Part shown: positions 54,964-55,359 of the stretch, one piece after another
Layout of the letters: every line of letters begins with the position of its first letter
Position numbering within the stretch: the stretch's first letter is position 1
Assembly (NCBI GenBank): GCA_902767335.1
Contig: CACXHD010000126.1
Coordinates: 1-55,359 of the forward strand
From: an uncultured Lachnospiraceae bacterium
Lineage (GTDB): Bacteria; Bacillota; Clostridia; Lachnospirales; Lachnospiraceae
Direction: 5' to 3'
Length of the DNA: 55,359 nt
Made by a program: the position numbers and the translations under genes
The notes under the pieces: model-generated
Told to the model about the DNA's origin: nothing
Databases searched by the model: none
What the model saw: only the letters and a program-made list of their open reading frames with translations

Positions 54964-55007
54964 TCAATCAGGTCAATCAGTCAATCAGGGGACGGTTCTC
55001 TGATTGA
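54964..55007 (+). repeat. hairpin-family unit, CAAT subfamily, with triplicated left arm
   Basis: TCAATCAG occurs three times (54964, 54973, 54981), then GGGACGGTTCT-CTGATTGA. It lies 83 bp upstream of the Y1 transposase relic. Confidence 0.9.
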
Positions 55008-55089
55008 AAAATTGTTCTGGTTGATTGAGACACAACACATATTGACTTTAAAAATCCCTAATGCTATACTTGCCATGAGGTGATGAACT

Positions 55090-55209
55090 ATGCCAAGGGC
55101 TGCAAGAATTCATTCTGACAGTGGGATATACCATGTGATGCTTCGAGGAATCAATCAGCAGCAGATATTTGAGGATAAGGAAGATAATATCTATAAGGAT
55201 CAATAAAGC
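55090..55209 (+). pseudogene. 39-codon N-terminal relic of an IS200/IS605-RAYT-type Y1 transposase
   Basis: MPRAARIHSDSGIYHVMLRGINQQQIFEDKEDNIYKDQ-stop matches the characteristic N-terminus of COG1943/Y1_Tnp proteins (PRxxR..GIYHVMxRGN..IFxDxED). The catalytic HUH/Tyr part is missing. The ORF is below the track length cutoff. Confidence 0.6.
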
Positions 55210-55234
55210 CCGATAGAACGGGCATTTACGGGAG

Positions 55235-55266
55235 CATGGACTGAAATGTAAGTCCATGTTTTTTTA
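55235..55266 (+). terminator. intrinsic terminator
   Basis: CATGGACT-gaaatgta-AGTCCATG followed by T8. Confidence 0.65.
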
Positions 55267-55359
55267 TATAGAATGATTCAGACGCCAAAAGTATTTGCAG
55301 AGGCGTCATCTGCGAGTAACTATTGACCATGATCCTTGACAACTGAATACAGTTCACGA

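Noticed and set aside
1-55359. Search for tRNA, rRNA, tmRNA, RNase P and SRP RNA genes.
   Set aside because: No cloverleaf-like T-arm motifs (GGTTCGAATCC type) or rRNA-like segments were seen in any intergenic gap. The gaps are accounted for by promoters, hairpin repeats and gene relics.

Overview
GC-rich chromosomal DNA that looks like a Clostridia-type gut anaerobe; the taxonomic call is inferred from gene content only. I can support about 45 genes. In order they are: the distal part of an Mrp/Mnh-type cation antiporter operon (MnhB tail, MnhC, then four tandem NuoL/M/N-family subunits); a secreted beta-propeller protein; gpsA; an LtaS-family transferase; hom; an M20 peptidase; a GNAT; two tandem 353-aa secreted paralogs; a DUF3737-like protein; a cbiM(PDGLE)-cbiQ-cbiO ECF metal transporter; nifU-nifS, divergent from an Rrf2 regulator; a cyclophilin; a MATE pump; a UPF0173 hydrolase; a large Cys-repeat wall-binding protein; a metallophosphoesterase; a small double-glycine-leader SH3b protein; GH32, GH43, GPH-symporter and AraC sugar genes; an SGNH esterase; a ptsH-GH36-ptsI block; GH42; GH13; an ATPase-wHTH gene. 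I saw no rRNA, tRNA or CRISPR. Four things stand out. (1) A dense family of about 18 small hairpins keeps a sequence-conserved loop (CAG-GGGACGGTTCT-CTG) while the outer arms co-vary. They sit at gene boundaries, and one copy lies 83 bp from a 39-codon relic of an IS200/RAYT-type Y1 transposase, which suggests a REP/PATE-like system. (2) A ~205-nt palindromic structured element occurs in two inverted copies that differ by compensatory substitutions. (3) There is an orphan GG-leader SH3b peptide gene. (4) Gene decay is heavy: two in-frame TAG codons, homopolymer frameshifts and several truncated relics. All functional calls come from motif recognition by eye; no database search was run.
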